From the IMG/VR virus record IMGVR_UViG_3300032323_001633, positions 1-56,849 of that record: a DNA stretch of 56,849 nt. One strand, written 5' to 3'. Below are positions 56,135 through 56,849 of the stretch, in pieces. A program made the translations under genes and the position numbers. A model generated the notes under the pieces. The model did no database searches. It was given only the letters and a program-made list of their open reading frames with translations, and had not been told where the DNA came from. Each line of letters starts with the position of its first letter. Position 1 is the first letter of the stretch. The stretch is from a virus. Lineage: Duplodnaviria; Caudoviricetes.

Positions 56135-56849
56135 AAACAGTAGAATTTGATGTAGTTTTTTTAAGCTACGACGAACCTAATGCAGATCTTCACTATGCTG
56201 ATCTCTGCGCCAAGGTGCCTTGGGCCAAGCGTATTCATGGAGTAAAGGGCAGTGACCATGCTCACAAAGCCGCAGCTGAATTATCAGAAACAGATTGGTT
56301 CATCACAGTGGATGCAGATAATATTGTTGATCCTTCATTTTTTAATTTAGATCTCAATATGGACGATCCTAAGATACAGGTATATGGCTGGTGTGGTCGC
56401 AACAGTATTAACGGTTTACGCTACGGCAACGGCGGATTAAAAATCTGGAAGAAAGATTTCGTCCTTAACATGAAGACTCATGAGAACTCGGATAGCGAGC
56501 GAGGTCAGGTAGATTTTTGTTGGGAAGATGGATATCGCAATTTTCCCAGAGTTTACAGTGAAAGCGTTATCACAGGATCACCGTTTCAAGCGTGGAGAGC
56601 AGGATTCCGCGAAGGTGTTAAGATGACCTTACTTGACGGAGTACGTGTACCACCTCAAGAAATTCGAGAACAGATTTGGTGGCATAATATTCATAGACTG
56701 CGTATGTGGTCCACAGTTGGTGCTCATGAAGAAAACGGTATGTATGCAGTCTATGGTGCTAGATTAGGCACATGGTTGGCAAATTGCACTGAATGGAATT
56801 ATGTAGAAGTGCGAGATTTTGAAATTCTTAGAGGTATCTGGGAGCAGTA
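56131..56849 (+). CDS. GT-A fold glycosyltransferase-like protein (partial; runs off the window edge)
   Basis: Manual translation: MKTVEFDVVFLSYDEPNA...AHKAAAELSETDWFITVDADN...NGLRYGNGGLK...PFQAWRAGFREGVK; DxD motif; no stop before the window end. Confidence 0.7.
   Translation, partial: MKTVEFDVVFLSYDEPNADLHYADLCAKVPWAKRIHGVKGSDHAHKAAAELSETDWFITVDADNIVDPSFFNLDLNMDDPKIQVYGWCGRNSINGLRYGNGGLKIWKKDFVLNMKTHENSDSERGQVDFCWEDGYRNFPRVYSESVITGSPFQAWRAGFREGVKMTLLDGVRVPPQEIREQIWWHNIHRLRMWSTVGAHEENGMYAVYGARLGTWLANCTEWNYVEVRDFEILRGIWEQ

Overview
This window is a gene-dense fragment of a large T4-like (myovirus) dsDNA phage genome in the standard genetic code. The minus-strand arm (1-17.6 kb) holds head genes (gp23 partial, gp22, gp21, prohead core, gp20 portal), a tape-measure-like gene, candidate internal head proteins, a small GIY-YIG nuclease, gp46/gp47 and the late sigma factor gp55. 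The plus-strand arm (17.7-56.8 kb) holds baseplate genes (gp48/54-, gp53-, hub-, gp5-, gp25- and gp6-like, plus a 4653-aa wedge/adhesin), four paralogous tail-fibre genes with a chaperone, two paralogous structural genes and a glycosyltransferase cluster. The most notable unexplained element is a ~455-nt hairpin-dense non-coding region (12850-13306, minus strand) that starts at the GIY-YIG stop codon; it is a candidate large structured RNA with a nuclease partner. Other highlights are a likely -1 programmed frameshift between the gp26- and gp51-like ORFs, apparent leaderless transcripts, an RBS-sequestering hairpin containing a late promoter, and possible virion glycosylation. All assignments come from motif recognition by eye; no database searches were run.
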